From: Pyrodictium abyssi | GTDB lineage: Archaea > Thermoproteota > Thermoprotei_A > Sulfolobales > Pyrodictiaceae | NCBI RefSeq assembly: GCF_036323395.1 | Contig: NZ_AP028907.1 | Coordinates: forward strand, 690,001-722,000 | Length of the DNA stretch: 32,000 bases | Reading direction: 5' to 3' | Shown here: in pieces, positions 8,393 to 17,715 of the stretch | Layout of the letters: every line of letters starts with the position of its first letter | Position numbering within the stretch: position 1 is the stretch's first letter | Notes under the pieces: generated by a model | Seen by the model: only the letters and a program-made list of their open reading frames with translations | Told to the model about the DNA's origin: nothing | Databases searched by the model: none | Made by a program: the position numbers and the translations under genes

Positions 8393-9169
8393 CTAGCCCT
8401 TTGTCCCCTTCAACCTCTCTGGGAGGCTACATAGCTCTCCCGTCCTCTTCATGGCCCATGTCCCTATTAGTAGCGCATCTGCACCCGCCTCTGCGAGTCT
8501 AGCCGCCTTTTCGGCGCTGTCTATGCTGCTCTCTGCCACGAGGAGCGCGCTGGAGGGTTTCCGGGCTGCTGCCCTGGCTGTTTCTTCGAGGAGGCGCTGG
8601 TAGCTTATCTCTAGGGTCTCGAGGTTCCGCGCGTTTATACCGACTAGTGCCTCGGGGTAGCTGTTCATTGCCTCGACCGCGTCTTCTGCCCGGTGGGTCT
8701 CTATGAGCGCTTCTAGGCCTAGGCTTCTCGCCTCCTGGTAGAGCGTGTCGAGCTGCTTCCAGCCAAGCATGTCGAGTATGAGGAGTGCTGCTGAGGCGCC
8801 GGCGCGCTGGTACTGCTCTAGCTGGGCCCGCGACGAGGGGAAATCCTTGGCTACTACGGGGCGGTGCTGGGCGAAGAAGGCTACTAGCTCTAGGCTGCCG
8901 CAGAACCAGTAGGGCTCCACTAGCACCGAGTAGGCGTCCGCAACGGGTAGTGTCGCTTCCAGGTAGCTCCAGGGCGTATGGTAGGCTACGAAGCCTCGGG
9001 GGCTGCACCGCTTGTACTCGATTATCAGTGCTGGCCTCTTCTCCTGCCCTACGGCGCGCTCTACTGCTTGGCGGAGGCTCGTGGGCCTAGGGGGCGAGGC
9101 TAGTAGTTCTGTGCGCTTCCTGCTCCACCTGTAGGCCTCTGCTAGGAACCCACGCGGGAGGCGCTCCAT
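8393..9169 (-). CDS. trpC: Indole-3-glycerol-phosphate synthase
   Basis: ALIIEYKRCSPRG, VVAKDF, ALVGINARNLETLEI, LLVAESSI and GADALLIGTWAMK motifs. Confidence 0.93.
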   Translation of the reverse strand: MERLPRGFLAEAYRWSRKRTELLASPPRPTSLRQAVERAVGQEKRPALIIEYKRCSPRGFVAYHTPWSYLEATLPVADAYSVLVEPYWFCGSLELVAFFAQHRPVVAKDFPSSRAQLEQYQRAGASAALLILDMLGWKQLDTLYQEARSLGLEALIETHRAEDAVEAMNSYPEALVGINARNLETLEISYQRLLEETARAAARKPSSALLVAESSIDSAEKAARLAEAGADALLIGTWAMKRTGELCSLPERLKGTKG

Positions 9170-9181
9170 GTTCTCCGGGCC

Positions 9182-9772
9182 TCACCATGGGTTGTCTAGG
9201 AAGTTGCGTAGTATCCTGGGCCCGGTTGGCGAGGCCACGCTCTCGGGGTGGAACTGCACACCGTGGACGGGGTATTCGACGTGCCTTAGCCCCATTATCT
9301 CGCCGTCGCTCCGGCTCCGGGCTGTGACCTCTAGGTGCACTGGCGGATCGTAGACGACTAGGCTGTGGTACCTCACTGCTGTGAAGACCCGGGGCACGCC
9401 GTGGTAGAGCCGGCCGCCGTAGTGCTCTATCTCGTCTAGCTTGCCGTGCATTATCCGGCGGGCGCGGCGTATCTTGGCTCCGTAGGCTACCCCGACCACC
9501 TGGTGGCCCATGCATACGCCTAGTATCGGGATCCTGGGGCCTAGGCGGCGCACCAGCTCTATCGAGATGCCTACGTCGCGTTTTACCAGCGGGTTGCCCG
9601 GGCCCGGCGATATTATGATCCGGTCCGGGTTTATCCTCTCGACGCCGGAGACTGTTATCTCGTCGTTCCTCACCACTATGCTGCGCGCGCCCTGCTCCGC
9701 GAGGACGTGTACTAGGTTGTAGACGAAGCTGTCGTAGTTGTCTATTATGAGTACGAGCGTGTCGTAGGCCAT
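9182..9772 (-). CDS. trpG: Anthranilate synthase component II (glutamine amidotransferase)
   Basis: LIIDNYDSFVYNL, IIISPGPGNP, ILGVCMGHQ and YPVHGVQFHPESVASPTG. Confidence 0.95.
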   Translation of the reverse strand: MAYDTLVLIIDNYDSFVYNLVHVLAEQGARSIVVRNDEITVSGVERINPDRIIISPGPGNPLVKRDVGISIELVRRLGPRIPILGVCMGHQVVGVAYGAKIRRARRIMHGKLDEIEHYGGRLYHGVPRVFTAVRYHSLVVYDPPVHLEVTARSRSDGEIMGLRHVEYPVHGVQFHPESVASPTGPRILRNFLDNPW

Positions 9773-9784
9773 GGCTCCCGGCCT

Positions 9785-11080
9785 CTATCCTTCCACGCCT
9801 AGGGCGCGGCGTATCGCTGCAAGCTTGTGCCTCGTCTCCATGTACTCGCGCTCGGGGCTGGAGTCGTACACTATGCCGGCGCCGGCCCGTGTCTCGACCG
9901 TCGAGTCGTCTATGCTCCATATGCTTCTTATCACTATGGCTGTCTCGCCAGCGTAGCCAGCGTAGACTCCCGCCGCGCCAGCGTAGGGGCCCCGGGGGCT
10001 GTCCTCGAGGCGCGCAATAGTCTCCATGGCGCGTGGCTTCGGGGCGCCGGAGACCGTGCCCGCCGGGTTGACGGCTGCTAGGACTGTCGCGTAGTCTACG
10101 CCGGGCTGCGCTACCGCCTCTACGCGGCTCACTATGTGCTGTACTGCGCTGTACTTCTCCACGTCCATGAACCTTGTGACCCTCACTGTGCCGGGGGCCG
10201 CGTAGCGGCCCAGGTCGTTGCGGGCCAGGTCTACTAGCATGAGGTGCTCTGCCTGCTCCTTCTCGTCGTGGAGCAGCTCCTCCTCGAGCGCAAGGTCCTC
10301 CTCCGGCGTCTTGCCGCGGGGCCTCGTGCCGGCTATCGGGTGTGTTTCCAGCCGCCCGTTCTCCATCCTCACTAGGAGCTCTGGGCTAGACCCGGCTATC
10401 CAGCGCTCCCCGAGCCTCATGTAGAACATGTAGGGCGATGGGTTGCCGTCGGCGAGCCGGCTATAGAGCGCGATGGGCTCCTCCTTGTACTCGTAGCGCT
10501 CGAAGCGGGAGAGCACTACCTGGAGGAACTCGCCCCTCGCTAGAAGCTCTATCGCCTCCCGGACCCAGGCCTCGAACGTGCTACGCGGCGTCTCCTCGAC
10601 CGGGCCGCGGGCCACGGCCCACCCGTCTACGCCGCGTTCACCCGTCTCGGCGTCGCCGGGGCAGACCGTGGCGTGGCCCCGGGCGTTGTCGTAGACTACA
10701 AGGGTCTCGGGCTGGAAGACCGCCACTACGGGCCACGTGTGCTGCTTCAGCATGGGTGCTAGCCAGGGCTCGGTAGCCGCCACCGCCTCGTAGCCGACGA
10801 CGCCGAACACCATGTCCCGGCACGGTATGCTAGTACACTCGCCGCTGGCGAGCCTGCGTAACGCGTCGTAGGCTTCCAGGGGGTTGCGCTCCTCCACGAC
10901 ACGGCGGGCGCCGTAGGCCACTATCGTGTAGCGGGCTTTCTCGCTGGGCCCGGTACCGCTCTCAAGGAGCGCGACGTACCCTGTGTGCTCCTCTGCCCAT
11001 GCTGCGAGGCGGCGGGGCTCTGGCGCCCTCGAGATGGGTATGCGGCGGCAGTCCTGCCACATGGAGTCTGCTAGCTGCAC
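9785..11080 (-). CDS. trpE: Anthranilate synthase component I
   Basis: FLQVVLSRFE, IAGSSPELLVR, HPIAGTRPRG, LVDLARNDLGR and AGAGIVYDSSPEREY. Confidence 0.94.
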   Translation of the reverse strand: MQLADSMWQDCRRIPISRAPEPRRLAAWAEEHTGYVALLESGTGPSEKARYTIVAYGARRVVEERNPLEAYDALRRLASGECTSIPCRDMVFGVVGYEAVAATEPWLAPMLKQHTWPVVAVFQPETLVVYDNARGHATVCPGDAETGERGVDGWAVARGPVEETPRSTFEAWVREAIELLARGEFLQVVLSRFERYEYKEEPIALYSRLADGNPSPYMFYMRLGERWIAGSSPELLVRMENGRLETHPIAGTRPRGKTPEEDLALEEELLHDEKEQAEHLMLVDLARNDLGRYAAPGTVRVTRFMDVEKYSAVQHIVSRVEAVAQPGVDYATVLAAVNPAGTVSGAPKPRAMETIARLEDSPRGPYAGAAGVYAGYAGETAIVIRSIWSIDDSTVETRAGAGIVYDSSPEREYMETRHKLAAIRRALGVEG

Positions 11081-11742
11081 CCCGCGAGCACCTCTACCAG
11101 TTGTTTCACCTTCCCTGGGTCCTTACGGCCAGGCTCGGCTTCGACACCGCTGCTCACGTCGATCATGTAGACCCCGGTGGAGGCTACTAGGCAGGCGTTG
11201 CTCGCGTCTATGCCCCCGGCTGCTGCCGCCCTCCGTGTACATGCCGCCGCGCGGCGGTAGGCTTCCAGGGGGACTCGTAGCCCTGCCTCGTAGCGCCTCC
11301 CTAGCCCCTTCACAGCGTCTACAAGGAGGTACTCGTGGCTAGGCACGGTCTCCGCCGCGGTGCAGGGGTCGGGGCTGAGCTTTTCGCCGTCCCATAGCGC
11401 GACGGGTGCCAGCGCTACGCCTAGCTCGTCTAGGCCTGCTTTGAGCTCCTCTAGCTCCGCTGGGCCGGCGGGCTGGTGGTACTGCAGCACGTGGAACACC
11501 TCTAGCCTAGCCGCCAGGTCTATGGCCTCGTGGACGCTGTAGCCGTGGGCTACGAGGACGCGCCGGCTCCTCGACACGGTCTCTGCGAGGCTGCGGGCTT
11601 CGCCGGGCTCGAGCACCCTTGGCGTCACCCTGGTCTTTGCGACTATGAAGCCTAGGTAGTCTGTTAGCCCGTCCAGCGTCTCGACATCGCCTCTACGCGT
11701 GAGCCCGCATATCTTCAGCTTTGGCCGCAGCATTGCTGGCAT
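11071..11742 (-). CDS. trpF: Phosphoribosylanthranilate isomerase
   Basis: LKICGLTR, DYLGFIV, LQYHQP, LLVDAVKG and VASTGVYMIDVSSGVEAEPGRKDPGKV. Confidence 0.93.
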   Translation of the reverse strand: MPAMLRPKLKICGLTRRGDVETLDGLTDYLGFIVAKTRVTPRVLEPGEARSLAETVSRSRRVLVAHGYSVHEAIDLAARLEVFHVLQYHQPAGPAELEELKAGLDELGVALAPVALWDGEKLSPDPCTAAETVPSHEYLLVDAVKGLGRRYEAGLRVPLEAYRRAAACTRRAAAAGGIDASNACLVASTGVYMIDVSSGVEAEPGRKDPGKVKQLVEVLAGCS

Positions 11743-12773
11743 GCCTCGCGGAGGCTGTCTATGAGCATGGCTACCCTGCCCTCGCTGAGCGCCTGCACCG
11801 CTGCCTCGGCTCCGTCGCGTAGACTCTTCACCCGGCCCGCAGCGTAGAGGGCAGCCGCGGCGTTGGCCGCTACGAAGTCGCGGTCGCTAGGCCTCCCACC
11901 GCCGCGGGCTACTGCTAGGAACCGCTCGACGCTCTCCTCTGGCGTCTCTATCCGGAGCTCCTTGAGGCTGTACCGCTTCAGGCCCAGGTCCTCTGGCTCT
12001 ATCGTGTACTTCTCTAGGGTGCCCTTGTTTAGCTCGTATATAGTGGTCCTACCGGATACGCTCACCTCGTCTATCCCCGGCTCGCCGTGGACTACTAGGA
12101 GCCTCTCGTAGCCAAGCATACTGCCCGCTGAGGCCATGACCTCGAGTAGTTCTGGCCGTGCTACGCCGAGCACCTGGCGGCGGACGCCGCCCGGGTTCGC
12201 GAGGGGGCCGACGAGGTTGAACACTGTCCTTATGCCGAGCCGGCGGCGAACCGGCATAACCCTCTTCATTGCCGGGTGGTAGCGGGGCGCGTAGAGGAAG
12301 GCGAAGCCCGCGCGCCTCAGCATACACTCTGCCTCGCGTGGGCCATGGTCTATCCTGTAGCCCAGCGCTTCGAGGAAGTCCGCGCTTCCGCTACGGCTGC
12401 TTACGCTCCGGTTGCCGTGCTTTAGGACAGGGACTCCGAGGCTCGCTGCTACCAGCGCTGCCGCGGTCGAGGCGTTCAGGGTGTGCGAGCCGTCGCCGCC
12501 GGTGCCAGCCGTGTCGACCGGGTCTAGGCCAGCAGTGTCCACCTTTTCGCATGCATCGCGGAGCGCTGTGGCGAAGCCTGCTACTATGTCTGCTGTCTCC
12601 CCGTAGGCACGGAGAGCCACTAGTATAGCTGCTATCGCTGTATCGTCTAGCTCACCGCTCAGCATAGCCGCTGCTATCTTCTTGGCATCGTCGAAGCCTA
12701 TGCCAGTCCCTGTTAGTAGAGCCTCTAGTATCCTGGGCAGGTCTATGCCCGTGGATGCCACCTGGGGGCTCAC
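11715..12773 (-). CDS. trpD: Anthranilate phosphoribosyltransferase
   Basis: VDTAGTGGDGSHTLNASTAAALVAASLGVPVLKHGNRSVSSRSGSADFLEALG and FLYAPRYHPAMKRV. Confidence 0.95.
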   Translation of the reverse strand: MSPQVASTGIDLPRILEALLTGTGIGFDDAKKIAAAMLSGELDDTAIAAILVALRAYGETADIVAGFATALRDACEKVDTAGLDPVDTAGTGGDGSHTLNASTAAALVAASLGVPVLKHGNRSVSSRSGSADFLEALGYRIDHGPREAECMLRRAGFAFLYAPRYHPAMKRVMPVRRRLGIRTVFNLVGPLANPGGVRRQVLGVARPELLEVMASAGSMLGYERLLVVHGEPGIDEVSVSGRTTIYELNKGTLEKYTIEPEDLGLKRYSLKELRIETPEESVERFLAVARGGGRPSDRDFVAANAAAALYAAGRVKSLRDGAEAAVQALSEGRVAMLIDSLREACQQCCGQS

Positions 12774-14071
12774 CTCCTTGCGTTAGCCGGCTCGGGCACC
12801 TGGCCGTCGACTATCCTTGAGCTAATCTTCTCGTAGGCGTCAATGTCCATTAGCCCGTGGCCGCTCAGATTGAAAACTATGACAGAGCCTGGCTCGGCGC
12901 GGCGAGCAACATCGATGGCCGCCTTTATTGCGTGGGTGCTCTCCGGCGCCGGGAGTATGGCCTCCGCCCGGGCGAAGATACGGGCTGCCTCGAAGACCTC
13001 CTCTTGGCTGTAGGCCGCTGCTTCTACCAGGCCTAGCTTCCTTAGGAGCGATAGGCTCGGGGCTGCGCCGTGGTAGCGGAGCCCGGCAGCGTGGATAGGC
13101 GGCGGCACGTAGTCCTTGCCGAGGCTGTACATCCTAGCCAGGGGGAGTACTAGCCCCGTGTCGAGGCCGTCGTAGCGGTATGTGCCCTTGCTGAGCCGGG
13201 GTGCTGCAGTGGACTCTGCCGCTATGAACTGTGTCTTGTCGAAGCCTTCGCCGCGTAGCCGCATGCCCAGCGCCGGGTAGGTGAACCCGGCCATGTTGCT
13301 GCCGCCGCCGACGCATGCTATCATGTAGTCTGGCTCCTCGGGGAGCTGCTGGAGGAGCTCCTGGCCTATCACTGTCTGGTGCGTGACCACGCTCTCGAGC
13401 ACAGAGCCGGCGACGTAGCGGCGCCGGGGGTTCTCGAGGACGTACTCAATAGCCTCCGTTATTGCTAGGCCTAGGCTGCCAGGGTGGTCGGGGCGCTCCC
13501 GTAGCGCCCGCCGGCCGGCCTCCGTCACTGTGCTGGGGCTGGGGTGCACCGTGGCGCCTAGCGCCTGCATGGCTATGCGGCGGGGCTTCTTCTTCTCGTA
13601 GCTGCTCCTCGTCATGAACACTGTAGCCTTGAGGCCAAGCATCGCCGCAGCCATAGACACCGCGAGGCCCCACTGGCCTGCCCCAGTCTCGGTGGCCACC
13701 TCCTCGGCGCCGTCGAGGAGGGCATAGTAGACCTGTGGCACAGCCGTGTTGAGCTTATGGCTGCCCGTGGGCAGCACGCCCTCGTACTTGTAGTATATCC
13801 GTGCCCTACCGTGGACGCCGATCGCCTTCTCAAGGCCCTCAGCGCGTATGAGCGGGGTAGGCCGGCCAGCCTTCCTGTAGGCTTCGCGGACGCGCTCGGG
13901 TATCGGTATGAGCCGGCTGAGCGTATACTCCTCGTCTATCAGCCTGGACGGCAGTATCTTGACAAGCAGCGCTATCCTCGAGTCCTCGTCCTCCAGGGGG
14001 TCTAGGAGCGGCGGCAGCGGTACGGGCAGGTCGGCTACTATGTTGTACCAGTAGCGGGGCACATCCACCAT
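12770..14071 (-). CDS. trpB2: Tryptophan synthase beta chain, TrpB2-type
   Basis: 433 aa. RPTPLIRAEGLEKAIG...IYYKYEGVLPTGSHKLNTAV...ATETGAGQWG, with the extended N-terminal region typical of the TrpB2 subfamily. Confidence 0.9.
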   Translation of the reverse strand: MVDVPRYWYNIVADLPVPLPPLLDPLEDEDSRIALLVKILPSRLIDEEYTLSRLIPIPERVREAYRKAGRPTPLIRAEGLEKAIGVHGRARIYYKYEGVLPTGSHKLNTAVPQVYYALLDGAEEVATETGAGQWGLAVSMAAAMLGLKATVFMTRSSYEKKKPRRIAMQALGATVHPSPSTVTEAGRRALRERPDHPGSLGLAITEAIEYVLENPRRRYVAGSVLESVVTHQTVIGQELLQQLPEEPDYMIACVGGGSNMAGFTYPALGMRLRGEGFDKTQFIAAESTAAPRLSKGTYRYDGLDTGLVLPLARMYSLGKDYVPPPIHAAGLRYHGAAPSLSLLRKLGLVEAAAYSQEEVFEAARIFARAEAILPAPESTHAIKAAIDVARRAEPGSVIVFNLSGHGLMDIDAYEKISSRIVDGQVPEPANARR

Positions 14072-14078
14072 CGCATCC

Positions 14079-14846
14079 TCACCCCTCGCCGTGGCTTGTC
14101 TTCGCAGAGTGTACGGCCTGGTGGATGCTGCAGGCCAGGCTCCTGGCTTCGTCGACGCCTTTCTCCTCTATGAGCCGTAGGATCGCCGAGCCGACTACCA
14201 CCGCGTCAGCGCCGCTACGGATCAACGCTGCTGCTGTCTCGGGCCGGCGTATCGCGAACCCTGTGAGCAGGTACCGGCTGCCGACCAGCATTCTGGCTAG
14301 CTTGACGTTCTTCTCCACTGCTATCGGCAGCTCGACTCCTGTGGCTGGCTGTAGGCCTAGGTAGATGTAGAGAGGGTCTAGCGCAGCGTAGCGCTGGAGC
14401 CAGCTGTGGGGGAACCTGCTGGAGGCAAAGAAGCAGGGCCTTAGCCCGGCCCGCTCGCTCTCCTCCACATACTTGTCGAGCATCTCTGGGTAGTCGAAAG
14501 CCAAGTCGGGTAGCAGTACGCAGCCAGCGCCCACAGAGGCTGCCGCCTCGAGCAGCCCGCGGAGGCTGTCCACGTAGTCCTCCATGTAGGCCATCAGGGT
14601 GAACGGCTTGTCTATGCCCGTCTTCTCTAGGAGCTTTAGCGTCTCGACGCCCCGTAGCCCTGCTGCGACTACGCGGCGGTGGCTAGCACGCACCGTCGGC
14701 CCGTCGTACTTTGGCCTCGCCGTTGGCAGCCCCAGCTCGTAGAAGTCTACACAGCTGGAGAGGCTCCCGAGGATCTGGGAGAACCGGGCCGGCTCGGGGA
14801 ACCCTATGGTGAGGTATACGCTGAACCCCGGCCGGCTTAACTCCAT
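14079..14846 (-). CDS. trpA: Tryptophan synthase alpha chain
   Basis: ORF track extends to 14906; internal ATG at 14846 (MELSRPGFSVYLTIGFP) fits better. Motifs YELGLP, PDLAFDYPE, YIYLGLQPATG and ADAVVVGSAI. Confidence 0.88.
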   Translation of the reverse strand: MELSRPGFSVYLTIGFPEPARFSQILGSLSSCVDFYELGLPTARPKYDGPTVRASHRRVVAAGLRGVETLKLLEKTGIDKPFTLMAYMEDYVDSLRGLLEAAASVGAGCVLLPDLAFDYPEMLDKYVEESERAGLRPCFFASSRFPHSWLQRYAALDPLYIYLGLQPATGVELPIAVEKNVKLARMLVGSRYLLTGFAIRRPETAAALIRSGADAVVVGSAILRLIEEKGVDEARSLACSIHQAVHSAKTSHGEG

Positions 14847-14926
14847 TGGCAGGACATCACTCCCACTCCTCCGCCAGGAGGCTTGTCCAGGGCTAGTCCG
14901 GCCCACTGGACTCCCACTATAAAAGC

Positions 14927-16306
14927 TTACCGGGCGCGCTTGCCCCGGAGCAGGTAGTGTGTAGGCCTGCCGAGAGCCATCTCCGCGGCCTCTCGCAGCG
15001 CCTCGCTGACGGACGGATGCGGGTGCACCACGCTGGCAAGCTCCTCTAGGGTGACGCCCTTCTCCACCGCGAGGGTGGCCTCGGCTACGAACTCGGAGGC
15101 GCGCGGCGCCGCAGCGGCTAAGCCGAGTACCTTGAGGCTACGCTTGTCGTATACTATCTTGACGAGCCCCGCCTCGGAGCCCTCCATGACCGCTGAGGCT
15201 ACGCCGCCCAGCCTTATCCGGGCCTCGGCAGCGTCTAGGCCCGCTTTGCGGGCTTCTTCGAGCGTATAGCCTACCTGGGCTAGCTCTGGCTCCATGTAGA
15301 CCACCATGGGCACCGCCTTCGGCCTGTACACCGCGCTACCGCCCGCAGCGTTGACACCCGCAACGATGGACTGAGCCACGGCCTTGTGCGCGAGGAGCGG
15401 CGGCCCAGCCGCATCGCCCGCCGCGTAGACACCGGGTACACTAGTGGCCATGCGCTCGTCTACCTTTATGTAGCCCCTCTCGTCGAGCTCTACGCCAGCC
15501 TCCTCCAGGCCTATCCCCCGGGTCGCGGGGCGGCGCCCTGTGGCCACGAGCACCGCGTCAGCCTCTATCTTCTCCCCGTTCTCCAGCACCGCCTCCACGT
15601 GGTCTCTGCCGCGCTCTAGCCGGGCTATCCGGGCCGAAGTGTACACCCTGACGCCGAGGCCGCGGAGCAGCCTCCGGGCAGCAAGGGAGAGGTCGCGGTC
15701 CATGCCGGGTAGTAGCCGGGGCATGAGCTCGACGAGGCTAACCTCGACGCCGAGCCTGGCCATTATATCCGCGTACTCGACGCCGATAGGCCCACCGCCC
15801 ACTATGAGGAGCCTACCGGGGAGCTCTTCCAGCCCTAGGAAGCTGCGGTTGTCGTGCACCCGGTTCCCGTCAGGCTCTAGGCCTGGAGGCGACCAGGGCT
15901 CCGTGCCAGGCGCCAGCACTATCCTGCCAGCCTCTAGGACCGCGCCGCTGGCTTCCACGAGCCTACCTGGGCGGAGCCGAGCCCTCGCATGGATTATCTC
16001 CACGCCGTAGCCCTCTAGGAGCTGCTCTATCCCAGACCGTATCTTCTCGACAACACTCATGGCTTCGCGGATCAGCTTCCCGTGGTCTATCTCCACCCTA
16101 CCCACGGAGGAGGCTATGCTCGCTGCGAGCGCTATGCGGCGTAGAGCCTTAGTCGGTATACAGCCGTAGTTCGTGCACTCGCCGCCCAGAGCGCGTGCCT
16201 CTACGAGGGCTACACGAAGCCCCCTCTGCGCAGCGTGGACCGCTGCCGGGTACCCGCCTGGGCCACCACCGATAACGACCACGTCGTAGCGTCGTGTTTC
16301 TGTCAA
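14927..16306 (-). CDS. lpdA: Dihydrolipoamide dehydrogenase-like pyridine nucleotide-disulfide oxidoreductase
   Basis: TTG start proposed at 16306 ([54 protein letters not shown]), although the ORF is open to 16540. Also [18 protein letters not shown] and the C-terminal [11 protein letters not shown]. Confidence 0.88.
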   Translation of the reverse strand: MTETRRYDVVVIGGGPGGYPAAVHAAQRGLRVALVEARALGGECTNYGCIPTKALRRIALAASIASSVGRVEIDHGKLIREAMSVVEKIRSGIEQLLEGYGVEIIHARARLRPGRLVEASGAVLEAGRIVLAPGTEPWSPPGLEPDGNRVHDNRSFLGLEELPGRLLIVGGGPIGVEYADIMARLGVEVSLVELMPRLLPGMDRDLSLAARRLLRGLGVRVYTSARIARLERGRDHVEAVLENGEKIEADAVLVATGRRPATRGIGLEEAGVELDERGYIKVDERMATSVPGVYAAGDAAGPPLLAHKAVAQSIVAGVNAAGGSAVYRPKAVPMVVYMEPELAQVGYTLEEARKAGLDAAEARIRLGGVASAVMEGSEAGLVKIVYDKRSLKVLGLAAAAPRASEFVAEATLAVEKGVTLEELASVVHPHPSVSEALREAAEMALGRPTHYLLRGKRAR

Positions 16307-16321
16307 GCCTGGGCCCCAAGG

Positions 16322-16337
16322 GGCTCCGGCTGGAGCC
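16322..16337. promoter_or_regulatory. Inverted repeat GGCTCC-GGCT-GGAGCC upstream of the lpd-trp gene set
   Basis: Read directly. It lies between a possible minus-strand TATA-like cagatatt and the proposed lpd start. Confidence 0.3.
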
Positions 16338-16500
16338 GGGAATATCTGTCTACCACATCCGGTATCCCCCGGGCCAGCCGCAGGAAACAGAGAACAGCTG
16401 TTGCCCCGGGCCTCGCCCGGCCTCCTGGACGCTAGGTCACGGAGCCAACCACATATATTCCCTCGGGCCGGCTGGCCCAGGGAAGAGGTGCCGCAGGGGC

Positions 16501-16995
16501 ATGGAGTGTGCAGGCTCCTACCCTGTGGAGGTCCGTACACATACTGCTCTCCACGTGTTGAAGGGCGCTGTCGTGAAAGTCCTGGGGCCTGGGGCCCGGT
16601 GGACAGCCTCCACCTACGTGGACGGTAGCCACGGGAGGCTGACTGTGAAGTTCGACCGTAAACCGAGCCCCGAGGAGATTAGGCGCATCGAAGAAGAGGC
16701 AAACCGGGTTGTCAGAGAAGACCTCCCAGTAGAGGTGGTTGTGCTACCCCGCCGTGCCGCTGAGGAGAAGTATGGAGACCTCATCTACGACCTATTCCCC
16801 GTCCCAGACCACGTCACGGAACTCTCGATAGTCATTATCCGGGATAGGAGTGGAGAATTATGGAACATTAACGCGTGCAACAAGCAGCACACTGCCAGCA
16901 CCGGGTGCATCGGCCGCATCCAGGTCGGTAAGCCCCGGTTTCGCCGCAGTAAACAACTCCTGGAGATACCGTTCGACATAGAGCCCGACGGGTAG
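16501..16995 (+). CDS. alaX: AlaX-type alanyl-tRNA trans-editing domain protein
   Basis: [11 protein letters not shown] (HxxxH) and [19 protein letters not shown] (CxxxH) zinc/editing motifs. ATG at 16501 with upstream GAGGTG and a TATA-like element catatatt. Confidence 0.8.
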   Translation: MECAGSYPVEVRTHTALHVLKGAVVKVLGPGARWTASTYVDGSHGRLTVKFDRKPSPEEIRRIEEEANRVVREDLPVEVVVLPRRAAEEKYGDLIYDLFPVPDHVTELSIVIIRDRSGELWNINACNKQHTASTGCIGRIQVGKPRFRRSKQLLEIPFDIEPDG

Positions 16996-17022
16996 CCCGG
17001 AAAGGGGGTGCGCACCGTCCAG

Positions 17023-17715
17023 CTATTCTAGCACGCCCATGAGCCTCCATGCCTGGAGGAGTTCTCTCAGCGTTAGCTGGCCGGGGGCTACGGGCTCGCC
17101 TAGGCTAGCGTAGGTCAGGGCACCGCCCATCAGCGGGGCTAGTATCCGGGATAGCCTGCCTAGCCGCCCCATAGCGAAGGCTGCCGCCCGGCCCGGCCAC
17201 CGGGAGTTTATGCCGAGCACCTTCCAGTTATCCTCCAGGGTTTTAGCGGTCGTAACTACCTTTACTACCGCTGCGCCGCGGCGTATCATGTCGCCCGCGT
17301 AGCTGTAGAGCACCTCGGGTGGCGGCGTCCAGCGGAAGTCGTGCATGGATACTATCACGCGGCCCCTGGCGGCCTGGAGCGCCTCGTCGAGGAGGCTAAA
17401 GCGGTACTCGACATCTATCAGCCAAGCCCCATGGTCTAGCAGGGATAGTAGTGTGTCCAGCTTCTCCCTGTCGGGGCCACTGTAGCGGCCGCCCTCGCGG
17501 CTATCGCGGAGCGTGGCTATAGCGCGGATACCCCGGCTAGACAGCTCTTCTACGGCACGCTGGGCCTCGCTGAGGCCGTAGCCTAGCAGATCCAGCCTCA
17601 GCTCTACTACTCGGCAGCCCTCCCGGGCTACTGCCTCTGCTAGCTGGCTTGGCGGAGCTGGTTCCGGTATGCAGGCGACCCGGTCGAGTAGCCTACTGGC
17701 CACTGCTTGCTGCAA
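17023..17715 (-). CDS. aroD: 3-dehydroquinate dehydratase, type I
   Basis: VVELRLDLL, IATLRDSREGGRYSG, LIDVEY, VIVSMHDF, VVKVVTTAKT and PLMGGALTYASLGEPVAPGQL. Confidence 0.92.
   Translation of the reverse strand: MQQAVASRLLDRVACIPEPAPPSQLAEAVAREGCRVVELRLDLLGYGLSEAQRAVEELSSRGIRAIATLRDSREGGRYSGPDREKLDTLLSLLDHGAWLIDVEYRFSLLDEALQAARGRVIVSMHDFRWTPPPEVLYSYAGDMIRRGAAVVKVVTTAKTLEDNWKVLGINSRWPGRAAAFAMGRLGRLSRILAPLMGGALTYASLGEPVAPGQLTLRELLQAWRLMGVLE

Noticed and set aside
9087-9920. 277-aa + strand ORF opposite trpG/trpE
   Set aside because: Arg/Pro-rich translation typical of GC-rich antisense; trpG and trpE motifs on the other strand are clear.
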